64,000 nt of DNA from Trypanosoma brucei (Eukaryota). The DNA is taken from assembly GCA_000002445.1 (NCBI GenBank), contig CP000067.1:1280001-1344000 (forward strand), written 5' to 3'. Numbering within the stretch: position 1 is the stretch's first letter; each line of letters starts with the position of its first letter. This document shows, piece after piece, positions 1 to 9,621 of the stretch. Position numbers and translations under genes: made by a program. The notes beneath the pieces are model-generated. The model was not told the origin of the DNA and ran no database searches. It saw nothing but the letters and a program-made list of their open reading frames with translations.

Positions 1-230
1 GCAACCTTTTTACTTTCCGCATCCCTCAAAACATCCCCACTCTCCACCATTTCCCTATCAGCGACAATAACAGGCTTCCCATACGCTGCAGAAAGCTCCT
101 CGGGTGAGCTGTTAATGAGGAACGATGTGTATGCCTCGAGGTAGACAACGTCTGCGTCGTGGACCGCCTTGAGTCCGTTGACTGTGATGTCGTTGGCATC
201 ACCAAGTCCCAGACCTATTAGGGTGAACAT
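1..230 (-). CDS. DPH5: Diphthine synthase (Dph5), N-terminal part; the CDS runs off the window at position 1
   Basis: Hand translation of the reverse complement from the ATG at 228-230 gives MFTLIGLGLGDANDITVNGLKAVHDADVVYLEAYTSFLINSSPEELSAAYGKPVIVADREMVESGDVL... This matches the conserved Dph5 N-terminus (LIGLGLG...ITV.GLEA...VYLE.YTS.L......L...YGK..I.ADRE.VE). It is absent from the ORF track because it is truncated by the window edge. Confidence 0.7.
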   Translation of the reverse strand, partial: MFTLIGLGLGDANDITVNGLKAVHDADVVYLEAYTSFLINSSPEELSAAYGKPVIVADREMVESGDVLRDAESKKV

Positions 231-362
231 TGGTGCCTCTTCCTACATACAGGGAGGGGGAACAGTGAAGTATCAATCATTCGGCCAGACCAACGTATTA
301 AATAGCTAGAGCAGGAGGAAACAATTCACAGTGTATTGCCACAAACCGTAATAACATACTCT

Positions 363-968
363 TTAATTGTCCCAATACGTCCGACTTGACAGAAACGGGG
401 CTAACGCGTATATCAGTCCGTGTGTGTAGGATTCGGCACGATTGAGGTGACCGGCTGTGAGAACTCCCATTGCTCCTTGTCCAGATCTCACGTCCTTCTC
501 ACCAGTCATTTCGTCCATTATTTCTGCAAGCTCCTTTCCCTCATTGAGGATCTTCTGCATGAGCTTCTGACTCATTTCAAACCTTCCAGATGACCCTGTC
601 CCCTCGCGTCCACTCGAACGCTCAATGACATGCATCCACCCACATTCAAACCATCTGTCACCGATCTTTTCCAGGCCACCTTCCATTCCTACCCCATAAT
701 GGGCATCAGGTATGTGCCGTAGCGCCTCTCGGGCGCGGTGTTGAGCCCCTTCTTGTGACTCTCCCGCTGACATGGGTTGAGCTCGGACAGCTGAACTCAC
801 CTCAACAGGTCTGATGTCGTGTTGTTGATCAGGAAAACACTTGTTAACAACCAAGGCAACAGAGTTCAATTTTGCTTTGTTCGTTGTCCCTACTGCCCAA
901 ATGATCATTGTGTTACTAACAGCCACAATAACACTAAGAAACGAGTGCTTGATGCTTGCCGAAACCAA
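363..968 (-). CDS. Inosine/xanthosine triphosphatase, YjjX-like (DUF84, Maf/Ham1 superfamily NTPase)
   Basis: The 201 aa ORF has an N-terminal ...VGTTNKAKLNSV... and a C-terminal ...EIMDEMTGEKDVRSGQGAMGVLTAGHLNRAESYTHGLIYALAPF... These align with the YjjX family motifs (TTNPAK..., ...[37 protein letters not shown]). The match is recalled from memory; no search was run. Confidence 0.6.
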   Translation of the reverse strand: MVSASIKHSFLSVIVAVSNTMIIWAVGTTNKAKLNSVALVVNKCFPDQQHDIRPVEVSSAVRAQPMSAGESQEGAQHRAREALRHIPDAHYGVGMEGGLEKIGDRWFECGWMHVIERSSGREGTGSSGRFEMSQKLMQKILNEGKELAEIMDEMTGEKDVRSGQGAMGVLTAGHLNRAESYTHGLIYALAPFLSSRTYWDN

Positions 969-3900
969 GAAGTAGCACCAGCCACAAGGTTAGAAAAGAT
1001 GTGAGCACAAACGAGAATCGGCCGGTATGTCCGGTTGCACAGGATACAAAAAAGAAAAACAGCAAGACACCTCCATGCGCAAGATGCTGCGACAACATAA
1101 CACCCAAAGACGTACGCCTAGATTGGCAAGTGCACAACCAGCAGCGCATTACGTATCGGTTCTCTCTGATCATACGCATATATGTATGTAGAGTTCAGAA
1201 AGAGAGGAAATGATTACCTACTTGGACTTCCTGTGAGCCAAACACCTAAATAAAGATGGTGGACATCCCGCAGAAACTGAAAATGAGGGTTCCAAAAAAA
1301 AAAAAAAAATCAGCCGCCTTGAACGATCATGGACACTGTGCACGGTTGTCAGGCAGCTACGCATGGGTGCATGCGCCCGAATGATTATGCATTACATAAC
1401 ATTTCGGGTGACGTAGCCTCTGGTGCTGAAAAAGTTCCTGTCAAGGTGGTGAGCTTCACAAAGGAAAAGCAATAACACCACCTTACGTTTTGCTTTGCAT
1501 AAGCAAAGTGATCGATGCCCTCTCACCTACGAAATGATCAGCGGTATTAGAATGTATTTTCTATTGTACACAAGGAGATGCGTGCATGTACTCGCAACAG
1601 GTGGTACTGAAGAGCTCTCTCGAACACTGTGCGGGCAGGGGCGTTGGCCCTTTCGGAGCATTACTAAGCAAAAATAAAAATTTCATGTTAACGCTTGCAT
1701 GGAAAAATTGTTGCTTCTCGTCACCTGCTAAAAAGTCACTGACAACCACCTAGAGTTCATGCGCTGGAACTGGCACGTAGTGCCACTTGAAAGCGACATA
1801 ACACCATGGCTAACTAACGACACAACGGATCCTCAGCACCTGCAGAACCTCATTTTTGTCGTCCAATAGCATAAGGCCTAATTCTCGATCATGGCAACTG
1901 TCTATTCATTGAATCAGTAGCGAGAACGTTATGTTGGAGTCGCTTTTGGCGCCATATGCTTGGCGCTCGGAGACGTCATTCCGTACACATAGCGCCAGCA
2001 CTTCAGTATACTAAGAACTTCGGCATCTAAATTCCCCAGCCACCTTACGCGGTACCAACAAGGGAAGCAAGTGATATTATTGATCACCTCATCGTGCAGT
2101 ACTTGCATAAGGGAGAAAACACAGCTGTACCGACGCCTTGCGGAGTTTGTCCAGATAGTATCTGCCTTAGCGTACTTTGCTTTTTCGCCCCCCCCCCCAT
2201 GCGTAAATGTTACTACCGACTGACTGCCAGTAATACTGAGATGTCTAAACGCCAAATACCTTGGCCGCATAACCGGTGATCTCTACTTGCCGATCACCCG
2301 TTAGCAGCGTACAGACATAACCAAATCCTGACACTAGTAATGAGCCGCTCCGCGGGTTGCCAACAGCGCTTGTTTCATGTGTAGTGCCGCAAATTAATGT
2401 GCATATCACACTGTCAGGATTTTGCTGAAACAGGATTTTATGATGCATCACAGCTCTTCTTTCTTTTTAAAAAAAAAACTCAAAAGCCGATGTTTCCTAC
2501 ACATTGCAAGCACGCAAGTTCGCTATGGTTACACCCCATTTCTCTTATTCACACGAAGCGCTGTTAGACACCTAATACGCTGCAACGAGGGTGCCTCAAC
2601 TATTAGCTGAACTCAGAAGGGAGAACACATTCACCGTAGGTTCGTTATGCGGTATAAGAGCCTATGTGATCATAAAAAAAATGAAACGAAGGACAACTGG
2701 CTAGCATGTAAGTTAGGTGCAATAAATAAATAAGTTACTGAATTAGAGACGGTAATGGTGACCATCATTTTATGTGTGGAAAACCAACACGTCGTTGACA
2801 CAGAAGAAACAAAACGTCTAGAATCCTGTATTCCATCTTTACCAAGTAAAGTAATTAAAAAAAGAGACACCAGCTCTCCTCTTTTTTTGTGAGAGATGCG
2901 TTCAAAGGATACGTACCCCTAAATGGGGTTAAGTTAGTAAGGGAATATGTAGTAGTTACAAAGCCATCGAAGACGGTGCACAACAGTTGCTTTCGGTCAA
3001 CAAGGCACTCATATAAAGAAAACACATGTTTCATCGTGCTCTGGAGTTTGCAGCCACAACAGAATCAGTTTGGGAACAGAATACCAATAACTTGGTTGAC
3101 ACACACGCAAAAAATCATTTTGTGGCACAAAACTTAAAAATAAATCAGAGACCCGTTCATAAATACACCCGTGTGCACACACAAGCACATGAGTTCGAAG
3201 TTATTGGGGGAACATGTTGCATTTGGTGGGTGCTGAAATGAGTTGTGGTTCGCCAACAAACCACAGCTTTTACCTCGTCCTGAAATATCTTCAGTCAGCT
3301 AACATTGCACAGCCGTTTTTTTACACGTGATCGTCTTGGGGGGAGGGAGTGCAAAGCACCAAATCTCACCATAATGAGAGGTGGAATAGGAACGCGAGCA
3401 ACAGATCACTCGTAGGAAACACTACGACAGCAATAACGGATCACTCCAGCGCAAAAAAGCGCAGCTGACAGTAAGCAGCACGTACACTCCGGTGACCCCT
3501 CCCCCCCCCCCCCAAGGATGTCCCAGTCTCACTCCACTCTTTTTGGCAGAAGAAACCCGCACCATCCCAACTGCTTCAAAAAAAAGTTCCCTGCGAAATC
3601 CATTTGCGTCACTGTCAGAACCTTAAAATGTGTCTTCTGTTGACATCTCCAACTGCGTGTCCGAGCGTGTAGCTACTTAACAGACTAATCAGGGTACACG
3701 AACCCGCTGCACAGGAAGAAGAGTATACTTTCTCCTATACTCACCTTTGCAACCGGTACATCACTAGCATTTGCTACCTCTATAATTACTCCACATGAAA
3801 CAAAAATAAATATGCACCTAAGATAATCAAAAACTATTCCTTTGGTACCGCCCCCTCCAGGAACTCGTTCGACACCTGCGGCAACCAAATAAAATACTTT

Positions 3901-5045
3901 TCGCCTCCCGCAACTCCAGTTACCTTAACGCGACACCAGGCTAGAGAATCTTGCTGAGACAGTGGAAGCCGTAGGACTGTATACCAGTGCGCTAAGACAG
4001 GATAGTAGTGAAAAGTTCACGCCATCAAGGCACCCTGGAACCAGCAGCTGAATCACTCCCGGACAGATGTCACCGCAAGAAACCTCCAGTACCTGCGGCC
4101 GCACTTTCAACAATATCAGCGTACTCCGACATGTTCCAATGCACCACTCCTACTATTGCCATCTCGAAAGAAGTTTTAAGAGACCCAAGAATCGAGCATC
4201 AAAATCACAGCATAACTCAAGTCAACCAGTAGAGAATCTGGTTTCTGCCCCGGGGCCATGACTGCCGATAGGCTGCCAAAGGTTCAATCACCGCCGTGTC
4301 GTCGCCATCTCCTTCATTGACTGTTCCGAGAAATTGGCCACGACTGTACACGGCAGCTTTTTGCAGGAAATACGTAAACTTGGCATACAAAGCCCATTCG
4401 TCCACTGCATGGCAACGCTCCTGGCTGAACGTGCCCAGCGGCCTCGCTTACAAAGATCAGTCTCCCGACGAGGACACTTCATCTGAGACTAAGCACCAGG
4501 CGCATCAGTCGACCCTTTATTCTTAACAATTGTATTGAACCCCTTCCCCCCTGTGAAGCATGACACAACGCAGGCTCCAACCCCATCATGGTTTCTTCGT
4601 AGGCGACCAAATGATGAGGAACTAAGATGCTGGAGGCTCTGCTGAGGGAAGCAGACACTACGAATATGTCAGGGGCCAGCTGATACTTCGGCCCCCTTGC
4701 CGCACGAAAAGCATGGTCTAAAGTGTTAAGATGACATTTTATGGGTACCGTGGCACTGACACTCGATGATGCCAACATCGAAGCGAGCCCTTCCTCCATT
4801 AGTAAAAATACTGGTGATCTGCAGCCAGTACCGCCTTCTCACAAACACGGATCGAGCGGTGGAGAATAATAACTGACATGGACACACTCTCCATTACGCC
4901 GAGAATATATCAGAGAAAATATGTACATATACGGATGCACAAGCGCAGCATACGGGTATATGATATCACGTGATGATGCAGAACTTTCAAAGGATCAACA
5001 GCGTACACCACACACTATAGAGAGAGATAGTCATGCCCTTCTGAT

Positions 5046-6062
5046 CTTTTCTTTTTTCACCCAATCTATCATTCCACATCATTTCTCCCATTAGAACACG
5101 ATGGTATGGAGTAATAATGTGAGGTGAAGCACAAACATATGATGTGAGAAGGAGAGGTGTGACTGTAGTGTTCCATCCGAAGGAAGAGTTAACAAATAAC
5201 ATATACAGTAGCGACACTTCCCATACTGTGCACATAACACAGCATGGTATATTAGTATGCACAGGGGAAAACTATGTCGATATATAACGCACCTTTAGCC
5301 ACCGTACGGGGTGCAGTATCGTGATTGGGCCGTTCCTGAAAGCTAAAAATCCTATGGCGAACTGGAGCGCTCCGTGCAGGCAAAGTAGCTCCCTAAAAGT
5401 CCTCCGCGCACTGACCAGGTCGGTACGGACAAATTCCGTTGCAGAGGAGCGGAGAACCCCCCAGGAAATGTGGAACCTAGACTTCAAGACCAAGCGTCAC
5501 GACACCTCTATTCCGCCAGAGCCTGTGTTCGGTCGCCTCCGACCAAAGAATGGATCCTAAGACGACGGTGGAAACAACGCAACCCTACGAAGCGAGAGGC
5601 GTAAGAACCACTGACTAGCAAAACGACAATGCAGCGCAACTCCGATGAAGTGAAGCATGCTCCGGTCGGGAACCACCGGAAACTCGCAAACGACGATCTG
5701 GTTAGTCGAAAGGGGTCCAGTGTGCGCGCAGGACTCCGCACAACCGCACCCACCTCCCTTGGATAGCCCGGCGCAGTTCCACTGCATCCCGCGCAACGAC
5801 GGGCCGGGATTCTCTTCCACATCACCGGACAGCAGCATCTTAGTGCGTATGATACTGCTGATGGCACGCTGGCACGTGCCCAGGGACCGACAAATGAAAA
5901 GCGGTGTCCCAGCAAGACACTGCTGATCCCTGTGCCGTATGATGCCGTAGCCGGAGCAAAGCAGTGTTCCCCATGAAAGGAACGCTGTTGGCTCTTGGCT
6001 TCCCCCGATGATACGGGGTACTGGACCCTGGCACCACGTTGAGGTGGCCGGCATCGCCAGGG
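5046..6062 (-). mobile_element. ingi/RIME-type non-LTR retroposon remnant. The 5' end at 6062 is well defined; the 3' limit is unresolved, lying between ~5550 (a RIME-sized ~512 bp element) and the A-rich tract at ~5046-5062
   Basis: The minus-strand sequence starting at 6062 reads CCCTGGCGATGCCGGCCACCTCAACGTGGTGCCAGGGTCCAGTACCCCGTATCATCGGGGGAAGCCAAGAGCC..., the conserved 5' signature of T. brucei RIME/ingi as I recall it. An ATG at element position ~9 opens a 165-codon frame encoding ...LLSGDVEENPGP..., a canonical 2A ribosome-skipping motif known from ingi/L1Tc. Three overlapping minus-strand ORFs in different frames (5508-6124) fit a decayed element. RIME is ~0.5 kb with a ~160-codon ORF, which fits 6062 to ~5550. 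Confidence 0.55.
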
Positions 6063-7301
6063 TCCCTACACGTGAAAAACAGCTGCCAAGGTGGCCTGAC
6101 CGCTGGAAACCAATCTAGCACCAATTGTTGCCCTGAGATAAAAGAGGAGAAGCACTGAGAGCTTGGGAAACGGCCGGAGTGTCGTTGCTAACGTCTTCTC
6201 CCCTCTGCGGTCTCAGAAGTCACTTCACACAGGCCGCGTCTTTTGCAGAAGCGCCGCATCTCCGGGGCGCCACTTTTTGAGCTTCACTGCTGACACGTTA
6301 CGGTTGTTTTTACTACGAACAAAGATGAGGAGAGATTCAGCTACTCAGGAAGCTTCTAGACGCACCAAAGTTTCGGGTTTTGAGCCCACCAGCATAGGCA
6401 AACGTGCCCAAGCTAATGTGGTTGAAATGTCTCTTTACTAAATAGTGTCCATCCGTTCCTGAAGAGTGTGTGCAGACAACGTGCGGTGGAAGGCGAGTCT
6501 CCTAATGAGACCGTGTTGGGGAAAAGGTCAGGAAAGTTCTTCCATACAATTAGTGGAGTCCATGCCGCAGCGGTCACCTTTTTTACAAAAGAAGGATGCG
6601 CTCACTTAAAAGAAAGATACCACTCAAAGGGTTTCAGCGTATGAGAATGGACAAAGTGGTCTATTATAGCTTTTTTTTGTTGAAAGCCTGCATTACGAAT
6701 GGTTTTGGGCTTAGGAATGCAGAGTATTTTTTTGTACGGTTATCTTTGTATAAACACACTGTCCTCCCGTTTATGTACACAGCTGTTTGCAAGAGGGTGA
6801 AAATTTTAGAAAGCTCACCCAACCAAACCCAACCCTCTACGCCCCGCACGGGAGGTGAGTAAACTGCGCTTTCAGACACTTCCATATCGTTAGTAAATTA
6901 TCGTTTCAATTCATATTTGTGTAGGATGATGAGGAACGCTTACTGTTTCTTCAGCATGATAATTATTTCGTATATCTTTCTTGTCCGTAGTAAAAAGGGA
7001 AGGTAAGAACTAAACTATTCTTGGTGGAATGAGGGGGGAATTTAGTTGACATCTTCCCCCGCCACACCGTTACTTTTGCCATCCGAAGGTTCTTAAAACC
7101 TTGTCTCAGCACTCGTCAGCCACGACGTCGTGGCTGCCGCCATGATACGGTTACTTTCGGTGGTTTCATCCACATCGATGTATTTCGTGCACTTTGTAGT
7201 GCAGTCGCACTTTTTCCCCCCTTTAAATTAGGCGAAAACAAAACGCAGCGGTGCTTGTTGACAGTATTTTTTCAAGCCTGTCAGCCAGAAGAAAAGAAAG
7301 A

Positions 7302-7374
7302 CGCGCAGTCCGGGAATCGAACCCGGGGCTCCCGCTAATTGAGTGCGAGTGACTTTCCACTAGACTAACCGCGC
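7302..7374 (-). ncRNA. Aberrant tRNA-like gene with a 9-nt anticodon loop. Candidate trypanosomatid SRP-associated tRNA-like RNA, or a tRNA pseudogene
   Basis: The minus-strand sequence is GCGCGGT-TA-GTCT-AGTGGAA-AGTC-A-CTCGC-ACTCAATTA-GCGGG-AGCC-CCGGG-TTCGATT-CCCGG-ACTGCGC-G. The 7-bp acceptor stem, the T-arm (GGTTCGATTCC B box) and the A-box-like TAGTCTAGTGG are all good. The D-stem has one mismatch, and the anticodon stem CTCGC/GCGGG encloses a 9-nt loop instead of 7. The 3' end is followed by a T4 run (plus 7291-7301 is gaaaagaaaga), consistent with a Pol III terminator. Confidence 0.5.
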
Positions 7375-7443
7375 CACCTGAGCGTTTGGTGTTCAAAATT
7401 TATTGCAACGTGCAGCGTCCGAAGAACGGGAAATATAAAAAGG

Positions 7444-7516
7444 CTACGACGGGCGGGGATCGAACCCGCGATCTCTCGCGTGTGAGGCGAATGTCCTAAC
7501 CACTAGACGACCATCG
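7444..7516 (-). tRNA. tRNA-Val (anticodon CAC), 73 nt, CCA not encoded
   Basis: Manual cloverleaf: GCGATGG-TC-GTCT-AGTGGTTA-GGAC-A-TTCGC-CTCACAC-GCGAG-AGATC-GCGGG-TTCGATC-CCCGC-CCGTCGT-A. All stems pair, with two G-U pairs in the acceptor. U33, A37, T54-T55-C56 and A58 are present, and the discriminator is A73. The anticodon arm TTCGCCTCACACGCGAG is almost identical to metazoan tRNA-Val(CAC). A T5 run lies immediately 3' on the minus strand (plus 7431-7443). Confidence 0.8.
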
Positions 7517-7609
7517 CACGGTAAGCATTCCTCAGGGGTAGCTCATAGAAATGATTGTTGAACCGACCGGATCAAGGAACTTGCGGGTGTTGCGGACGAA
7601 TGGCTGTTA

Positions 7610-7890
7610 AGAGGCAAACCTGTTGGTTTGGAGGACTTTGGGGCGCACCCGGGTGGAGATGTTTCAGATGCGGAAGGGTTGGAAGAGTTGGAAGGGAGAT
7701 GCGAATCCACCACCTTACGCGAAGTGGGAGGCACGAAAAGGAAGCACGGCAACTGTAGCAAAAGCAACGTGAATGCCAGTGGTGTGTTTGCGTTGTTTCC
7801 GCGGCGCTGGAAAGAGTGCAAAGACCGGGAAAATAGAGTTGCGGTTCATATAAAACCGTATGCGTGCAATGCCCGGTGGTGAAGCAGGAT
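7610..7890 (+). ncRNA. Candidate 7SL (SRP) RNA gene, divergently oriented from the upstream tRNA. Boundaries are approximate (+/-15 nt)
   Basis: It contains an SRP-RNA helix-8-like motif, GGAGGCAC-GAAA-AGGAAGCACGGC, at ~7722-7750. This has a GNRA tetraloop and the 3'-side GGAAGCA(G)C signature of SRP RNA domain IV. The putative 5' end is ~97 bp from the tRNA 5' end at 7516, as in trypanosome Pol III small-RNA genes that use a divergent upstream tRNA as promoter. The 5' segment AAACCTG (~7628) can pair with the 3' segment CAGGATTT (~7883-7890). No long T-run terminator is seen (only TTT at 7888-7890), which lowers confidence. Confidence 0.4.
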
Positions 7891-9621
7891 TTAAGCAAAA
7901 AAAAAAAGAGATAAATACGCGGGGGGGGGGAAGTTTACGAGTTCAACATGTGAAAGGTGTTTCGTAGCAGGGGCTTTGATAATGCACATCAACCTCGTGA
8001 GTATGCACGGCCCCGTGGCACCGCTAAAGGGACTACGAGCAGTGGAGGGAAAGTGGGGTTAGCCATAGCCGCGCCGGTGTTGAGACCAAAATAAAAAAAG
8101 GGATGACGTGGAGGTAACAGTTAAGGAAGGAGAGGATAGAGAGAACAGGGTGGGGTTGGAATAAAATGTTCCTAGTAAACTTTTGATGTTCACGGGGCAC
8201 GTGGGACTCCAGAGAGTAAGGAGAGGTGCGCACTTAAGGCACACACAAGAAAAATGCATACTGAATCCGATTGCGCGCTCCGAGGGGTTTCCTGACGCTT
8301 TTATAAGGAAGTGGAAAGTGTGAAGTGAAACCCACCATTGCCCCATACTGCGGCTAAACGTAAGCGAGGCGAGTTGGTCTAAAAGGTTTAGTAGGAAGGA
8401 TACACGGCGATGGAAAGAAGGACGTTTACAACAAATTGAAGTTGGGCATCCAAGGATTGCTGAGCCACTTGCCCGAATGCACTGCCCTGAAGAATCTGAA
8501 GATGAAACATGAACTAATAGGCTTGATGGGGAAAGCGCCTCGCGGGGAGGCAAAATTGGCGGGGTTCCTTTCCGTTTGACTCGGAAAGGGAGGGTACCGG
8601 TGCTCAATGGTTGGGAAATGGCTCCGATCAGTGATGCGGAAGGAAGAGAACAAACAAATCAAGAATAGGGGCGCCCGAAACAAATCCACCACCGGAGACG
8701 TCGGATTGAGGAGTGTGTGTGTGTGTGGGGGGGGAAGGGGAGCAGCGGTGGAAGGACGATCTCTGCAAAGCACGGCGTAGACACAAATTGATTGTAGTTC
8801 ACTAATTCCCTCGTGGTCTGCTTTCGCCCATTCTCCATAGTGATGCATGAGTTCCCGCTGCGACTGTCAATGACGGGCTGCCCATCAACGGGCTGTTTCC
8901 ATTCAAAGAGGCAGGCAGCGCTGCGTGCGATTTCCATTCCCACGTGTTAGAAAAATCCACCGACAGTACAGGGTGACTTTTAGCTTGACTCAGCTCCGCA
9001 ACGCAAAGAGGAAAGGCAGCTTTTTTTTTTTTTTAAAAAAAAGAGATCTTGGGGCTGATCACGCACAAACGCCGATGTAAGAAACGTTGGCTTTTGTCTC
9101 ATTGTTGACTCGTCTTTCATGACACATTGGCCTGGGTCCCAGGCGCGAGGGAAGGAACCGCAACAGTTTAGCGGGGCTCAGTGTGGGTGATGTGGGTGCA
9201 AGCCGACTGAGCTCAGTTAATCGTCCCAATGATAATGCGGTGCAACTTTTTTGCCATAGTGTGTGTGCGTGTGTGTGTGTGCCCGAAAACCCTCCGCTAA
9301 CAACTCAGCTTTAGCGGTGGTTACATACATCGACGCAATTCATGCACCCCCGTTTGTCTCGGGCGTGTGGGTAACCATCGCTTCACCTATGTGGTGTAGA
9401 GAGCTGTGAAATTCAAGGAGAAAAAAACAGCATGTAAAAAGCAAAAACTCTGCTTACGTGTGTTGCTTGTGCTTCATCGGAAGGGGACACTCCGCGTAAG
9501 TTACAATAATTAGGTTAAACGCCCCTCGTACGGCACTCCAACTGCATTAGGTTCCATTTCCCCCTCCCCCCCCCCACACACACCCACTCTCCCCTCTGTG
9601 CGATCCGGGCCAGAAAATTCC

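Noticed and set aside
3310-3325. Possible target-site duplication for the retroposon: the 9-mer tacacgtga at 3317-3325 (preceded by T7) also occurs at 6066-6074, just outside the element's 5' end.
   Set aside because: A specific 9-mer is expected to recur by chance roughly once in a window this size. The poly-T lies on the wrong side for a minus-strand poly(A) tail. The flanks do not extend the match.
5508-6124. Three overlapping minus-strand ORFs (135, 165 and 94 aa) as protein-coding genes.
   Set aside because: They are mutually out of frame across the same DNA and coincide with the ingi/RIME-like sequence. They are best explained as a decayed retroposon ORF, not cellular genes.
7302-7374. 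tRNA-Sec or an intron-containing tRNA-Tyr as the identity of the aberrant tRNA-like gene.
   Set aside because: It is 73 nt with a short variable region, whereas tRNA-Sec is ~87-90 nt with a long extra arm. It has no GTA anticodon and no 11-nt intron as in trypanosomatid tRNA-Tyr.
9241-9290. GT-rich tracts at 8711-8733 and 9241-9290 as functional elements.
   Set aside because: They are simple (GT)n-type microsatellites, typical of trypanosome intergenic DNA. No flanking structure suggests a specific role.
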